Shown one piece after another: positions 42,001 to 56,448 of a stretch of 64,000 nucleotides of DNA (position 1 is the first letter of the stretch; every line of letters begins with the position of its first letter). A program made the translations under genes and the position numbers. Below the pieces are notes generated by a model. That model was not told the DNA's origin. It did not search any database and worked only from the letters and a program-made list of their open reading frames with translations. The DNA comes from Chrysomallon squamiferum (Eukaryota; Animalia; Mollusca), in contig CM022679.1 of NCBI GenBank assembly GCA_012295275.1, positions 14,198,001-14,262,000 on the forward strand. Reading direction: 5' to 3'.

Positions 42001-42788
42001 AAAACACTGAAGCCAGAGAGACATTTGGAGGACAGGACACTACTTACATTAATCCAAATGAAAATTAAGTAGACAGGAACCAACTGTTAGAAGATTGAAC
42101 TGAAGTTCATGTCAATGTTTACCTGTGTATAAAACAGCTTGTACATCTATCTCTTTGTAAACTATAAAAACGTTCAATATTTACAACTCCTGTGCTCTTT
42201 GAACTTGCTCTATATGTATGATATATCATTTCTGCATGACAGTATTAATCCAGTGCATGTCTTTGTATGTGAAACACCTGGTTACTGGCCTTGGGTAGCT
42301 TCTGTGTATAATAATTTATCTTTGTAGTGGAACAGTTATATAGTGAAAACATATATCACTGCCTTTAATGAATCTTTTGTGTGGAGCAGTGGCAGGAATG
42401 TGAAATGTGGATTTTGTGCCGAGGTCATTTGTGTTTTTATTTCTTTGAAATGACTTAAATCAATCTAGAACTGATAGGTTTTATTTCATCATATATCACT
42501 GTAATTGTTATATGCATTCATTCTTAAAGTGTGTGCTGTTTGTTTGTCTTTTTTTATTATTAATATTTCTTTAAATTATGAACAGTTTTCTGCCTGTTCG
42601 GTTTAATTTCTAATTATTTTGTTACATTCTGTATCCAGAGAATCAGTATGTAAGCAGACTGAGCCTAATTTGTTAATCTTACACACAACAAGATTGAATA
42701 TATCCCTGCTTAATATTCAGAAGTCATACAGAAATAGCTTCAGCTTATGTATATATGTATATATATATATATATATATTTATATTTAG

Positions 42789-42837
<49 letters not shown>

Positions 42838-43599
42838 AAGAGTGTATCTATGTATTTATGCATGGATGTAAGTTTATATGTATGTACATTTGCATGTACA
42901 TAATATGTATGTATGAATATAGGCATATAAATTGAAAAGGTTATTTTTAACTTAGATCATCCATACATCCCAAACTGTATACTCACATAGAAATGTGTAT
43001 AAATGAAAAGAGATGTGGTATAACTGAAAAATAACATTCAAATTCTTCACTTGCAGACAAATAAGCTATAAACTGCATTTTAAATAATCAAACAATAGCT
43101 ATTCCTGGTTATTTCATTTCAACAGTAAAATTTCATCTTTTACTTTATCAGTGAAAATGGTTATTAAATTGAAACAAAAAAGTTACCTAAACAGTAAACA
43201 AAGCATATATACAGTCAGCAAAGTGACACACACACACACAGAAACACACTGAAAACAAAGTCTATTTTAAAAATGTATATAGTCATTGTTTTTAGGTATT
43301 TGACAGTTTTACATAAAGTTTTACATAAAGATGTGAAAATTAATCAGCCTTTATTCCACACCATCAAACACCATACAACTGCATTTGAAATAGAGATGTA
43401 ACTTATTCTTTTAAACTTTGTTGTCAGTTTGTAAGTATTACACACATTATACTCCAGTGTGTTTATCATCATAGTGAAAAAATTTGTCAACTGTTTAATT
43501 TATAAGATTGAACTGATAAGATGTATGTTATTGTCAACTGGATTAAAATAAAAGTATTATACTGTTGTTATGTGAGTTATCTTTATATTTATTGTCTCT

Positions 43600-43870
43600 T
43601 TTTTATTTGACATGTATAGGTTATGGTTTACTGCACACGTTAACTACAAATTTATATTCACAGTTTTAAGTTACTTGACAGTTTGTTGCTTACTACAGTG
43701 TTATACATGTTAAAATGTAATACCTGTTTTTACTTATTAAATTTGTGTTGTTTACTACATAGTTATACAAGTTTATATTTCCTATTTTTACTTACTAAAT
43801 AGTTTGTATTTTAGTACAGTGTTATACAGTTTTATTTTCATTGTTTTACAATTATACATATTCATATTTT
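43600..43870. repeat. Degenerate ~60-bp tandem repeat
   Basis: Recurrent tactacagtgttataca..tttttactta.taaa.tttgt units. Confidence 0.55.
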
Positions 43871-44663
43871 GAAGGAAATGTTCACTAAATTTTTTTTTAT
43901 TGCAAGTAAAAACAATTTTTTTACAAGGATTCAAATAAAAAAATAGAGAAAAAAATGAAATAGAAAAATTAACAGTTTGATCAGTGGTAAGTGGGTTTTT
44001 TTACTTTGTAGAAAGAAGCTTACAAAAATATTTTTTCTCTTTGATAAATATACCCTGTAGTCATAATCATCTCATTTCTTTTTATATATTATTACCACAA
44101 AACAAATGACTGACACATTAATAATCATTTACATTACATATATATATGTATGTATGTATGTGAATGTGTGTAAATGTTTGTTCATTAAAATGTCCTTACA
44201 TGTGAAAATCATTTTACTGAAAATTCTGAGCTACCAAAAAATATTATAAAAGCAGTATATTTTTATTTTAGTTCCATTTTGAACACTTGATAAACAAACA
44301 AAAAACAAAAAACACCAGAGTTGAGTTTTCATCTGTTATTAACAAATCATTTTCTGACCTTGGTATATTCCAGTTAAAGATAAATCTATTCTATCTAATC
44401 TGTGATTGATACACAGAGCAAATGGCCTTTCTTTTTTTTTGTGGCTAGATGCAATCTGCATTGTAATTGGCACCAATTTCCTCTCATACTGAACAAGGTG
44501 GCTAAATGGCATAGCAGCTTAATTGAAGCTGATTGCCTTGGCAGTAAATCTTTTCACAGTTTGCTTTCTCCTCTGTTGATATCTGTTATTCTTCATCCAG
44601 CAGTGACAAGCAGTGTGCATTCTGAATGGGCAGCTTAATGTTGTTTGTGTGTTTGTGTGTGTG

Positions 44664-44666
<3 letters not shown>

Positions 44667-44718
<52 letters not shown>
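44667..44718. repeat. (GA)n microsatellite
   Basis: Direct reading. Confidence 0.95.
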
Positions 44719-44721
<3 letters not shown>

Positions 44722-45534
44722 ACAATAAATGAGCATGAAGAATTCAATGACTCAAAGATTTTCAGCAATCTTATATACATAAATTATTTTACTTATCTCA
44801 GATTCTTCAGTGGAATAAACTAAGATCCCTGAGAAGTGTGTATGTGTGTGTAATTCATTTTAAACTCTTTCTTAAAAAGATGATGAATTTAACAGACTTG
44901 TGAGGCAAGAAACTCAAATTTGACAAAAATGTTGTTCTTCAAATTTGAGTTCCTGGTTCACTGACCTTCTGAGCAGTTAGACATGTACTCATTACTTCCA
45001 TCAGTTACCTGTAATATTTGTTAGAGGTGTTTGAAATACCTGTGGCTTACAGCAGATTAAGCCGTTTACTTAACAAATTAATGTTTCCAGTTGTGTTTGA
45101 ACAGAAATATGAGCACACTGTCAGTGCTAAAAGTCAACAAATTATGCTGCTTGGCTTCAGGCTCTTATGTCTGCGGTGCCTTATGTGTATAAATATTGAA
45201 TAACAGCCGTATGTGCTACTGGGTGTACATTATAAATGTTTGTTTCACACTTAACTTGAAGCTGCTTAACATAGAGACAGTTCCCTTCTGTTTTGTCTCA
45301 GACTGTAACGCTGTTTGGGTCTCACTGTATCAATATTAGGTTCGTGTAAGGGTTATAATTCCATAGAGATTTTATAGATCTATATCCTTCAGGTATTGTT
45401 TTTAGCACTTGAAATGAAGCTGGTTGTGAATTTTTATTTACTCTAAGGGATTATCTACAAATTTAGATTAAAGGTTATCTGTTAATCCTCTGACTTATGT
45501 TTCTCATGTTTAATATGATTAATCAGTCCTTTTC

Positions 45535-45690
45535 AGTGCCACTATTGAGCAGGTTCCCACTGCCATCATGATAAGATTATAAAAGGCTGTGTAATATATA
45601 CTCTGCTGTTTATGGGAAGATATACATAAAACATTTATTGCTGCTAATTGAAAAAAATGTAGATACTGGTACTGGGTTTCTTTAAACAAG
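45535..45690 (+). mobile_element. SINE fragment (Meta/MESC-domain-like central domain)
   Basis: tataaaaggctgtgtaat..tatgggaagatatacataaaacatttattgctgctaattgaaaa aligns by eye with 53670-53755. Confidence 0.6.
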
Positions 45691-45952
45691 TATGTCATAC
45701 TTTAAAAACAAAATTTTTTAAATTGTTTTATTTGAATATTAATGATTATTATTAATACATTAAAATCCTTATATTTCTGTTTAAGAGAATTTGTAATTTT
45801 CTGCAGCACTTTTAATTGTCTTGGTAACATTAAAATTTTATTATATTTTTTGGTAGCTCTGAATTTTCATCAAAAATTGACAAGTAAAATAATTTTCACA
45901 TGAAAGGACATTTTAATCTTTGTTTTGCTGGACTAATTGTTAGGTTTGTGGG

Positions 45953-45987
<35 letters not shown>

Positions 45988-46456
45988 AAACACATACATA
46001 TACACAGAGAAACACACATATATAAACCTACAGTATTGTGCAGTCACCAGATCTCGCCAAATTGTTATATAATCTTTTATATGTTTTTTTTATTAAAATG
46101 TTTTAGTATCGGAGAACCCACTGGGCTATTTCCTGTTTCTCTTATTTTCTCACACAGGTCATTCATTCATTCATAAATTCAAGAACTCTACATTTTTTTT
46201 TTTTTTTTCAATTATTATTTTTTAAAATACAATTATTTAACTAATAAATGAATAAATGAATAAATAAATAAATTTAAAAATTTAAAACAAATTAAAAATA
46301 AAAATGAAATAATAAATAAGTAATAAAAAGAAATAAGAATACCTTTATTTGATCATGTTTTTAAATTACTTTCAGGGCATTATAAGTAGACAACTGGGCT
46401 GTTTCCTGTCCCTGATAGTGGCTTTGATAAATATGCAAATAATAATTTATATAAAA

Positions 46457-46489
<33 letters not shown>

Positions 46490-48259
46490 TACAAATCAGT
46501 GATCATTATAAAAAAAATAAAAAAAATCAGATGACATATTTACTTCATATTTGTTTATTCTTTCATACTTCTACTATCTCTATAAGATATATTTTATAAA
46601 GAGATAGAAAAAAAAAAATGTTAATAAATATAAATTTATTTATGATTAATGATGTCATTTTTAACCATTTAAAAAAAAAAGTATATGTATATAAATAAAT
46701 AAATAATTTTTTGTTCTAAAATAATAAATAAAGTAGTTAAGACTGCTGTTTAAAAATTAATTTTTAAAATATTTATTTATCACAGCATGTAATGTAGTTA
46801 AATAAACTTGCTTGTTGAATTGTTTAAGGTGTGTCAGATTAAATTATTTATACATGCCCCTAGGTTATAAAACATGCAGGTGCAGCCAACCCCCCCCAAA
46901 AAAAAAAAACAAATTTATATACAAAATTAAGTTTAATTCACTAAGTAATTTACTTCAGAAAATTTTAAAATTTCAAAACATTTAAAAAATGTAGTGATAT
47001 TATTGCTATACTTATTATGAAATATTATTAATTTGTTTTTTTGTTTGCTTCATTTTTTTCTTTTTTAAAAATGTTTTAATACTATCTATAACAAATAATA
47101 TAAAAGAGTACTAGTTGTTTATAATTAAATGTTATATAGTCACACTGTTTTACTAGATTTTATTATTTTTATTGGTGATGTTCTTTCGTTTGTTCTTTTT
47201 TGGGGGCTTTTTGTTTCTTTTTGTTGGTTCTTTTTTTTAATAATTATTAGATAATATATATATCTTAATTAATTGATTTCTTTTTTCTTTTTTTTTGATT
47301 TTTTAACTTGAAGAAACAAAAGATATTTTTAAAATACATGAGGAAATACATGACAGTTAGATTTCCTTTACTAAAAACACAGTCATCTGTTTCCTCTTCA
47401 AATGTAATTTAAAAAAAAAAAAAAATGTATAAAATACAAATAAAAAGCATGCAGACAACTGACAGTGAATTTCCATTTTAAATTACTTTGTCCCACTTTT
47501 TCTGTCTATTTCATTTAGCAGTTAAAAAAATATAATAATAAAACCCCCTTCTACAGGCATTAAAAACAAGTGCAGAAGTGGCATTAAACTCAGTGGTCAC
47601 TTTATCTAATACAGCCTTCAGCACTTAATGCACCTTCACTTGTTATATACGTGACTTATGTTATGAGTGAGATACAAAGTTATTTTGTATGCAGTGGTAG
47701 ATTAGAATTTTAAATTTTATTTTAATCTTCTACAAGTATTTTATTCTACCTTTTAATACTGAAATAAAAGAAATGTAAAGAAAATATATTTTTTTTAAAT
47801 TTATTTAGTGCTTGAAATTTATGTAAAAGAACTACTTAGGTAATGTCTCAAAAATCTCAACTTCTGTCACTGTCTGTCAGCTTTGAAGTATCTTAATTTC
47901 ACCTTGAATCATTAAACAAGTATGCAGCTGGAATCATTTTAAAATTTACATTTGCATTTTCTAAATGAATAAACTTGAATTATTTTAAAGCTTGCATATT
48001 TTTTGAAAGAGTAAATAAGTATCAATGGTTTTTTGGTGTGTTTTTTTTTTCAGAATTAGTAATTATATATAATTTGAAATTTATATTTTATATTTTCTAA
48101 AGAAATAAAATAGTATTATTTAAAAGCTTTTAGTTTGTATTTTCAAAATAAATAAATATATCATGTTAAAGTTTGCATTGTGTATTTTCTTCTTATTATT
48201 TTTTTCCTAAATATAAATATCTCATTTTAAAGCTGTAATATATAATTATTTATTCATTT

Positions 48260-48290
<31 letters not shown>

Positions 48291-49083
48291 TTTTTGACTG
48301 TATCACTTCAGAATCTGTTTTATATTTTCTGAACAAGTATACATTAAAATATGTCTGCAAAATTATTTTATTAAACCTCCTTGGGAAATCATATCTTATG
48401 CAGTTAATATCACAGTTTTAGTTTTAATGTTTTTATCTCTGAGTTTCCAAGATCCTTGAGGCTATAACATTCACCCAGTGTATACTGTGTGTGTGTCAGA
48501 TTTCCACGTGAGAATTTTAAATCACCTTATATGATGCATGGTCATATCATACGTGGGAAAGTTTCATTTTCATTCTAAGCCTTGCATCTATTGAATTATA
48601 TTTTTTATATATTTTTTTTTTTCTCTCTCTCTCTTTATGTGAGTCACTGGGTAAGAATTTCTCTGTCTGATAATAAAATAGAAAATACCTGAGTTCACCA
48701 TCCTATTTTCATGGACATATAAGACTTTATATTATTATTAATTTTATTTTTAAAAAATTTGATAGATGATAATTGTTAATTATAAACAAAATATGGAAAG
48801 TGAAATTGTGTGTTTTGTGTTTTAAAATTTTGTAACTGGTTTGTGACACAAAATTGAAAGAAATGTTGCCAGTACTACATTATATTTAACTTTGAAATTT
48901 AACTGTGAAAAAAAAATTGTGATCTTTATCATATACATAATTATAAGTTCATAATACTGAGCTAAATATTCCTTGCCACTATATATATATTTGTACATAG
49001 ACAGATATATATAGATAGATAAATATATATATATATATATATATCTGTATCTATATATATATTTATATCTGTATCTATCTATC

Positions 49084-49115
<32 letters not shown>

Positions 49116-49429
49116 TATATATAGCATTTAGCTACAGAATAAAATCCTTGATTAAATTTTCATAAGTACTGTTTTGAATGTAAAACATGCTGAACTAAAA
49201 CCAAGGAGTCATAGGCCAGTTTATAGTAATCATATATCTTTTACTAGATATGTAATATGGGTGTGTGTGAAATCTATTGAACTGGACGGTTTATAAACTG
49301 GTAAATCTCTCTGAGATAAGAGTAAGCCTTGCTCCAGGCACATCCACACTGTTTGTGTGGAGTAATTACACTAGAATGGGCTGATATCAAATCATAGCAT
49401 GTGTGATTGAACACTGAAATTATGCATCC

Positions 49430-49880
49430 TACACATTACTGCTACTGTGTTACTTGGGAGTAGTGTAATACTGCTTGCATTTGTGTTAATGTGATAGAAT
49501 GCAATACTGCGTGTATTTGACGGTATTAATGTAATACAATAAATATCAGTGTAATACTTGGTTAATGTAATATTACCTGTGATACATTGTAATGCTGCTT
49601 CTGTTTGAGTTAATTTGATACAATGTAATAATTCTGATTTTTTTTTTTTTTTTTGATGGTTTTAATTTAATACAATAAACATCAGTGTTAGTGTTGCTTA
49701 TATTTAAAAGTGTTAACACAATTTAATACTGCTGATATTTAATTATATTAATTTGATGAAATGTAATCCTACTGGTATTTGATAATATTAATTTAATGCA
49801 ATAAATTTAAGTGTGTTACTTCTTGTATTTAATAGTGTAAGATACAGTTTAATACTGCTGATATTTGATACTTTTTTATT
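49430..49880. repeat. Degenerate ~40-bp tandem repeat
   Basis: Recurrent aatgtaatactgct..atttga..taatgtaatacaat units. Confidence 0.55.
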
Positions 49881-50374
49881 TCATATTTTGGTGACAGATA
49901 TTTGTATCTAATTTAATTTTTAATTTTATATTTTTATTAATAAATATTTGTATTTATATATTTAGTTTAATTATTTTGTTACACTCACACAGGAACAGAC
50001 ACATACACACTACACACACATACACACACACAGACACACACACACATAACATACTGACAACATCCATACAACACTTGCAATGTATTCAGAAAATATAATT
50101 TTTTTAGAGAAATAGCAACAAATTCATTATGTCCATGCTGTCTCTGTGTTTTTATTTAGGAACTGGAAATGATGGTTTGTATTGTTATTGACAAGAACTA
50201 ATTAGCATGCACGCCCATGTAGTGTCACTGGTTGTTTTCACCCCAGTTCAAATTATCTGTGACAAATTGACTGTTTGGGGAAATAATGTTCACTTAACAA
50301 CATCACAGCTGAACCATGGTCATTAGGCTTGTAATGGTGAAAAGATTAAAACAACTTCTCTGTGTGTAAACGTT

Positions 50375-50379
<5 letters not shown>

Positions 50380-50421
<42 letters not shown>

Positions 50422-50479
50422 TATGCATGCCTGAAATACATACATACATTCTGACATATATACATAATTATACAGATGT

Positions 50480-50547
<68 letters not shown>

Positions 50548-50710
50548 AAATATATAAGCCTAGATAGACAGACGCATAATCAAACACACACACAGTCACA
50601 CACACACACACACAGAAATATATAAGCCTAGATAGACAGACGCATAATCAAACACACACACACACATATATACATACATACACATAAATACACATACACA
50701 CACAACAAAC
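50380..50710. repeat. (CA)n-rich tract with a duplicated 40-bp spacer
   Basis: agaaatatataagcctagatagacagacgcataatcaaac occurs twice between (CA)n runs. Confidence 0.85.
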
Positions 50711-50734
50711 ACAACTTTACCTCATATGAAATTG

Positions 50735-50960
50735 CAGTGGCTCAGTTGTTAACAAATTGTTTTTAATACTCCTATATAGAAAGTAAATGTTTTCTTAATA
50801 GCTTTTATTTTTTTTTTTTTTTTTTTTTTAAATAATATATATTTTTATGATACACAATATCATGGTTAACTGAAGTTTATTTAAAATTATCATTGCTGGG
50901 TTTCGGGATCAATCCTAATTAAATATCTATTCAGACATTTCCTGTTCCCTGGCTGCTTTT
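50735..50960 (+). mobile_element. Possible split SINE head
   Basis: A-box-like gtggctcagttgtta at 50737 and B-box-like gggatcaatcc at 50905, followed by catttcctgttcc; separated by an AT-rich insert. Confidence 0.35.
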
Positions 50961-52239
50961 TATAATTCAGTTAACTCAGCTCAAATAATCAGAGACTGAT
51001 ATCTGTTACATATCTTCTTTTTTTTCTTCTTCTTCTTCTTCTTTCAAATTTGGAAAATCCAGATTGAATGAGATCAGATTCGACTTTCATTTTGTGCACT
51101 GTGAACCTACCTTGACTTATTGATCCAAGTCAGTTTTGAATTTGATGTTTCCTGTGTCGCTGAAGTTGATGATGTTGTTGAACAATCACTACTTCATTAA
51201 TTCTTACAGAGCTAGGATGCAAGTGTTTATGCAAGACAGTGATTGCTGATTTAGTGAAATGGATGTATGGGTTGAAGGAAGGTCAATGAATGGATAAATG
51301 GATGAATAAATGAATGTATGAATGTAGAAATGTGTGATTGAATGATTTGAAAAAATAAAATGATGAATGACTCTTTAATGAATTGATTTAAGAAACAGTT
51401 ATATAAGTCAGTACAGATCACATTTAACAAAATCATTTTTAAATCACTAGTTACTTAATCTTTTAATGGTGTTTTGAGGTTAATTTTTTACAAACTGAAT
51501 AAAAGTTATAAAAAAACCTTTCAATTAACCTTGGCACTCTATACCATAAAAATAAAAAAATAAAATAAGAAAAACCTATTATAAATCACTACATTTACTT
51601 TCTTTATAGGACTATTAAAAAATAACTTCTTAATATTCCCAAACAGATTCTAGCTGACATATTTAATGTGATTTCCATGAAGTGTTTAAACACAAAACAT
51701 ATTAATGTCATTTAATGAATAATACTGAACGATATTCAACAGATAACATGCTGTGTTATAATCATAATTTGCCAGCCCTTGTGATTTTTGTCGGGGACAA
51801 TTCCTTATGACAGTTTCATAAAAGAAACTGATCAGACGTGGAAACATACTGAACTGGAACACTGACCACACTGGCTGAACAATCACTTGGTCTTAAGTTG
51901 TAACTCTTGTGTGTCAGTATTACCTATGTGACGGCGAAATACTGGAGTTATCTGATGGCGTACAATACTAACGTTTTATTTGCTCACACAGACCAAGTTG
52001 TTGATTCTTGCAAAGAATTGTTCCCTGGATGATAAATTATATAAAGCCAGACACTTGAGAGAGGCATAGAAAAACACTTTAGAGTTGAAAGAAATGCAAA
52101 TAAAATTGTTGAATTGGGTGGATGTTTTTTATCTTTTTTTTTTCTTTTTTTTTAATTCTTTTCATTTTCATTTTTTTTTTTTATGTTGTGTGTGGTGTGG
52201 TGTTTTGATGGTTGTTATTTGTGCTTGATCACAATTGTT

Positions 52240-52870
52240 AGTGAGTTATTTCAGTTTATAGATAAAGAATAAAGAAAACAATTTATTTCAGACATTGTGT
52301 GGGATACTGATTTATCAGCGAATATATTTCTGCAGATGAAATCGTGTCAACTATGTCAGTTTATACATAGAAAAGAAAAAATACAAAAGTTATGACTTGG
52401 TTTTGATATATGTTGCTGCAAATAAAGATATATGCATGTTTTTAAGTATTTTAAGTTATATATAAAGAAAAGTCTGACATAGGACTGAATGTACATTTGT
52501 GAAGTTATAAATATAATGCTTTGGATGAAGCCACATTTACAATCTTGTCATGCATTTCAATTTATTACAGAGAAAACAAAATTAAATGCTATAGCACTGA
52601 ATATATATTTCACAGTTATAAATGTACTACTGCAGAAAAAGTTTAATATACATTTTGTCATTTATTCATAGAAGATAATATTAAATTTCTGCCATTGCAT
52701 TAAATAAATAAAAAATCAATTATAAACATACTATTGCAGATAACGATGCTTGTACAATCTTGTTAAGTATTTCAGTTTATTACACAGAGGAAAACAAATT
52801 TCTGTTATAACACTGAATGTAAATTTGACAAATTATAAATATATTGCTGTAGATAAAGGGATCTGTTTAT
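52240..52870. repeat. Degenerate ~100-bp tandem repeat
   Basis: Recurrent tatttcagtttat..gaaaacaaatt..cactgaat..tataaat.tact.ctgcaga blocks. Confidence 0.55.
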
Positions 52871-53189
52871 CTTTTGCAAACACTTATGAAAATTTCCTTT
52901 TTTATTTTGTGAAAAAATAAAACTTGTTATATCACACTGTATCTCTATTTATAGGTTTTATTTAAACAAAATTATTGTATACATAGTCTTGTGAAATACA
53001 TGGTCATATAGGTGTGTCACAATGTCCTTGAATTCATTTTGAAGTTTTTCTTAATAACATGCAACTACCATTGATAATCACTTGGAAATGGTGAACCTTG
53101 AATTACATTATATGTCTTAAAAGTCACTGAATTATTACACTGGGCTGCAATGTGGCTTAGAGTAAGAACTTTGACTTGATACCTGCAGA

Positions 53190-53570
53190 CTGAAAAATTG
53201 GCAGACAGTAGACTAGTGGTTAAAATAAAGGTAAGGATCTTAAAAATCTTTAAGTTTTAAAATGGACAGTCTTTATCTAGTTTTTATTGTGCTTTGAAAG
53301 ATTGGAATCTTTAAGTTTAAAATGGACAGTCTTTATCTGTTTTTATTGTGCTTTGAAAGATTTGAATCTTTAAGTTTAAAAATGGACAGTCTGTATCTAG
53401 TTTTTATTCTGCTTTGAAAGATTTGAATCTTTAAGTTTTAAAATGGACAGTCTGTATCTAGTTTTTATGGTGCTTTGAAAGATTTGAATCTTTAAGTTTA
53501 AAAATGGACAGGCTGTAGTCTAATGATTAGAATGAAGGTTAGGGCTTTGAGAAGATTCAGTTTAAAAATG
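53190..53570 (+). repeat. 60-61-bp tandem repeat immediately 5' of a SINE
   Basis: aatctttaagttttaaaatggacagtctttatctagtttttattgtgctttgaaagatttg starts at 53245, 53306, 53365, 53426 and 53487, with diverged flanking units. Confidence 0.92.
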
Positions 53571-53876
53571 GGCAGGATGTAGTCTCTACTGTGGCATGAT
53601 GGGTTACAGGATCAATCCTGCCAAGTGGATACATTTAGCATTTACCTTTCTAACCATGCCAAATGACTGCTTTATCCAAAAAACTTGGTTTGTACTTTCC
53701 TGTCTGTGGGAAGGTATACACATATAAAATATTCCTTGCTGCTAATTAAAAAAGCATAGCCCACTGTATGATATCAGCAGGTTTCTTTTCTTTTTATGTG
53801 TACTGTCTTTATACTACATATATGATGTCATATCACTGTACATTTAAAATGTGTTGACAAATAAAACATTTCTTTC
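53570..53876 (+). mobile_element. Near full-length decayed tRNA-derived SINE (Meta/MESC-domain-like)
   Basis: Head gggcaggatgtagtc; B-box-like ggatcaatcc (53609-53618); central tcctgtctgtgggaaggta..catataaaatattccttgctgctaatt; tail aaaatgtgttga..aaataaaacatttctttc. Matches the recalled gastropod Meta-domain SINE layout and has sister fragments in this window. Confidence 0.72.
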
Positions 53877-56412
53877 TGACTTCATTTCAGAACATTTTTA
53901 AATTACCAACTGTGTTACTGATTTTCGGAACATATTTCTGTTTTTATTAATCTGATGAAAGGAACGCTTCATTTTTAACTGAAACTGCCCACCATTGTGT
54001 TCAAATTAGCATTCATTTCTTTCATTATCGAAGTGAAGGAAACGCCTTCAGTGGTAGATACAACATTACAGACAAGGGAGGTGCCACATAGCAGTGACAA
54101 TAACTTTCAGTATGAAATAAACTTTTTTACACAGGACTAAAAAAAAAAAAAAAAAAAAAAAAGTATCATTTGACTATAAGTAATAGGTGTTGGGGGTGTA
54201 GCACACTTTCTGGATCATCAATTTAAAAAAAAAAATCAATAAAAAAGAAACATTCAGAGAAATATATCAGTTGATTAAAATTGGAAGTCTCGTGTCTGGA
54301 TCTGAAATAGATGACTTCCCCTACCTCATCCAGAGAAATATATCAGCTGACTAAAAATAGGCTTGTTATCCTGGATCTTCATGTTTATGTGACTCTCTCC
54401 AACCCAGACTGAGAACAAAATCAGAGAAAAAAACAGAGATGATAAAAAATATAATAATAATTAAAGAGGAAAAAAGTAATAATAATAGTAATAAATAATA
54501 AAAATAATAATGATGATAATAATAATAATAGTAATAATAGTAATAATAATAACAACAATAAAAATGATGATGATGATAATAATAATAATAATAGTTAAAA
54601 TAAATTAGTGAAATGTATTTGTTCTGCAGGTCCCCATTTCCACAGACACACTTACTGTTTTTAAATTCACACATTTACCAAGTTCCTAAATAAACACAAC
54701 AGCAAAACACAGCCACAATGTAGATAAGAAAACAGTCTGGCATGTTTATGTTTGTAGTGTTCGGTTTTGTTTTATCTCAGCCCTCCATCGCAGTTAAGAA
54801 GCACTTTCATATCTAAATATGTTTTATTCCCTTTAGTTGGTTTGATTGTGAATCATGACTTTTCAAATAAATAAATAAATAAATAAACCATACACACTAT
54901 AAATACAATAACAAAACGAAAAACAACATTTCTGATAGTATGAGAATTTTATTTAATTTTTCAAAATCTCAATTACATATTATACTTGGTTTTGTTATAT
55001 TGATCTTTCATATGGCATGAACACACATACAAGTATAGTGACATACATAGCATTACACACATACTTGAGAATGCATATAGTGAGTCATACACAGATGTAT
55101 ACATACGTATGCAGAGATGCATATACACATGCAACAAACACATACATAAAAATTCACAATATACACAAACATACAGAATAACACACACAGCGTAACAAAC
55201 ACACATACTCAAATCAACAGAATGTCTTGTCTTTGTGTTCACTCAGCACTAATCATCATTTATTTCAAACTGGTGTTAAAACTGAAACTGTCAGCTGTTG
55301 AGATGTTACAGATTTTTTTCTCCCTGTTTTCTGAAAACCAATGTCAAGGTGTATGTAGCTAGTTAGCACGTGTGTCTCAGTTTGGCAGAACTTCTGTTTG
55401 GTGAACACCAGATCATCCCAGTCCCAGGGTGCATCTGCCAAGCTCACAGTCATCATCCTGATCACCATGGTAAAGTTGTTTTGGGGGAAAAGTTATGAAG
55501 ATGAGTCCGAAGACAGGATTGGCAAATGAATAATTTGGTTTTGTGGTTTGATGATTGTGTGTGTGTGTGTGTGTGTGTGTGTTTATATGTGTTTCTATAT
55601 TAGTAGGTGTAAAGAATGTATGTATGGATGAATGAGATTGTGTTTATGTTTGTGTGTTTTATGTGTCTTTATGTATAGGAAGAGTTTGGTTCCATTTTCT
55701 TTGTTTTGAGAAAAATGACTATTTCTGCTCTGGAGTTTATAATGTTATGTAACAAAGGTCTATAGTCTTCTGTGTAGATTAGACATGGATATAGAATTTT
55801 GGGGAAAATGATTATGGGGCGTTGAACAGTCATCAAACGCTGAACGATATTTTATGGTGTTTTTTTTTTAAATTTTGATTTTGGCGTTTATTGCATTTTT
55901 GAATTAAAGTCTTCATATGATATGTAAATATGTGTGTGTGTGTGTGTGTGTATGTATTTATATGTGTGTGTACATACATGTACATATGTTGTATGTGTAT
56001 ATATGTATATTTTGTTTTTTTTTTGTATATTTAGGTGTATGTGTGCTACTGTATGTAAATATCTGTCTGTTTATTATCTCTGTTATAACATACTTTGCAT
56101 CTGGTTCTATTTCTGTAAAGTTTACATGCAGTAAAGTTATCTCTCTTTCACATTTAAATCTGCTTTACAACAACTGATCTTTGGACGTACAGAACAGATA
56201 TGTGAACACAACAACAACAACAGTAGCAACAACAGGGACAACAACAACAACCGCAACCACAATGACAATGTTAATAAATTTAAAAGAATGTTTTGAAAAT
56301 TAGATTCTCTAAAAGAAGAATTTTGAACTGCTGAAGTTCATTGCTTTTAAAAACATTATCAATCAATCAGTCAGTTAATCAATAAATTAAAAAAACAAAG
56401 CAAATTAGAGTG

Positions 56413-56448
<36 letters not shown>

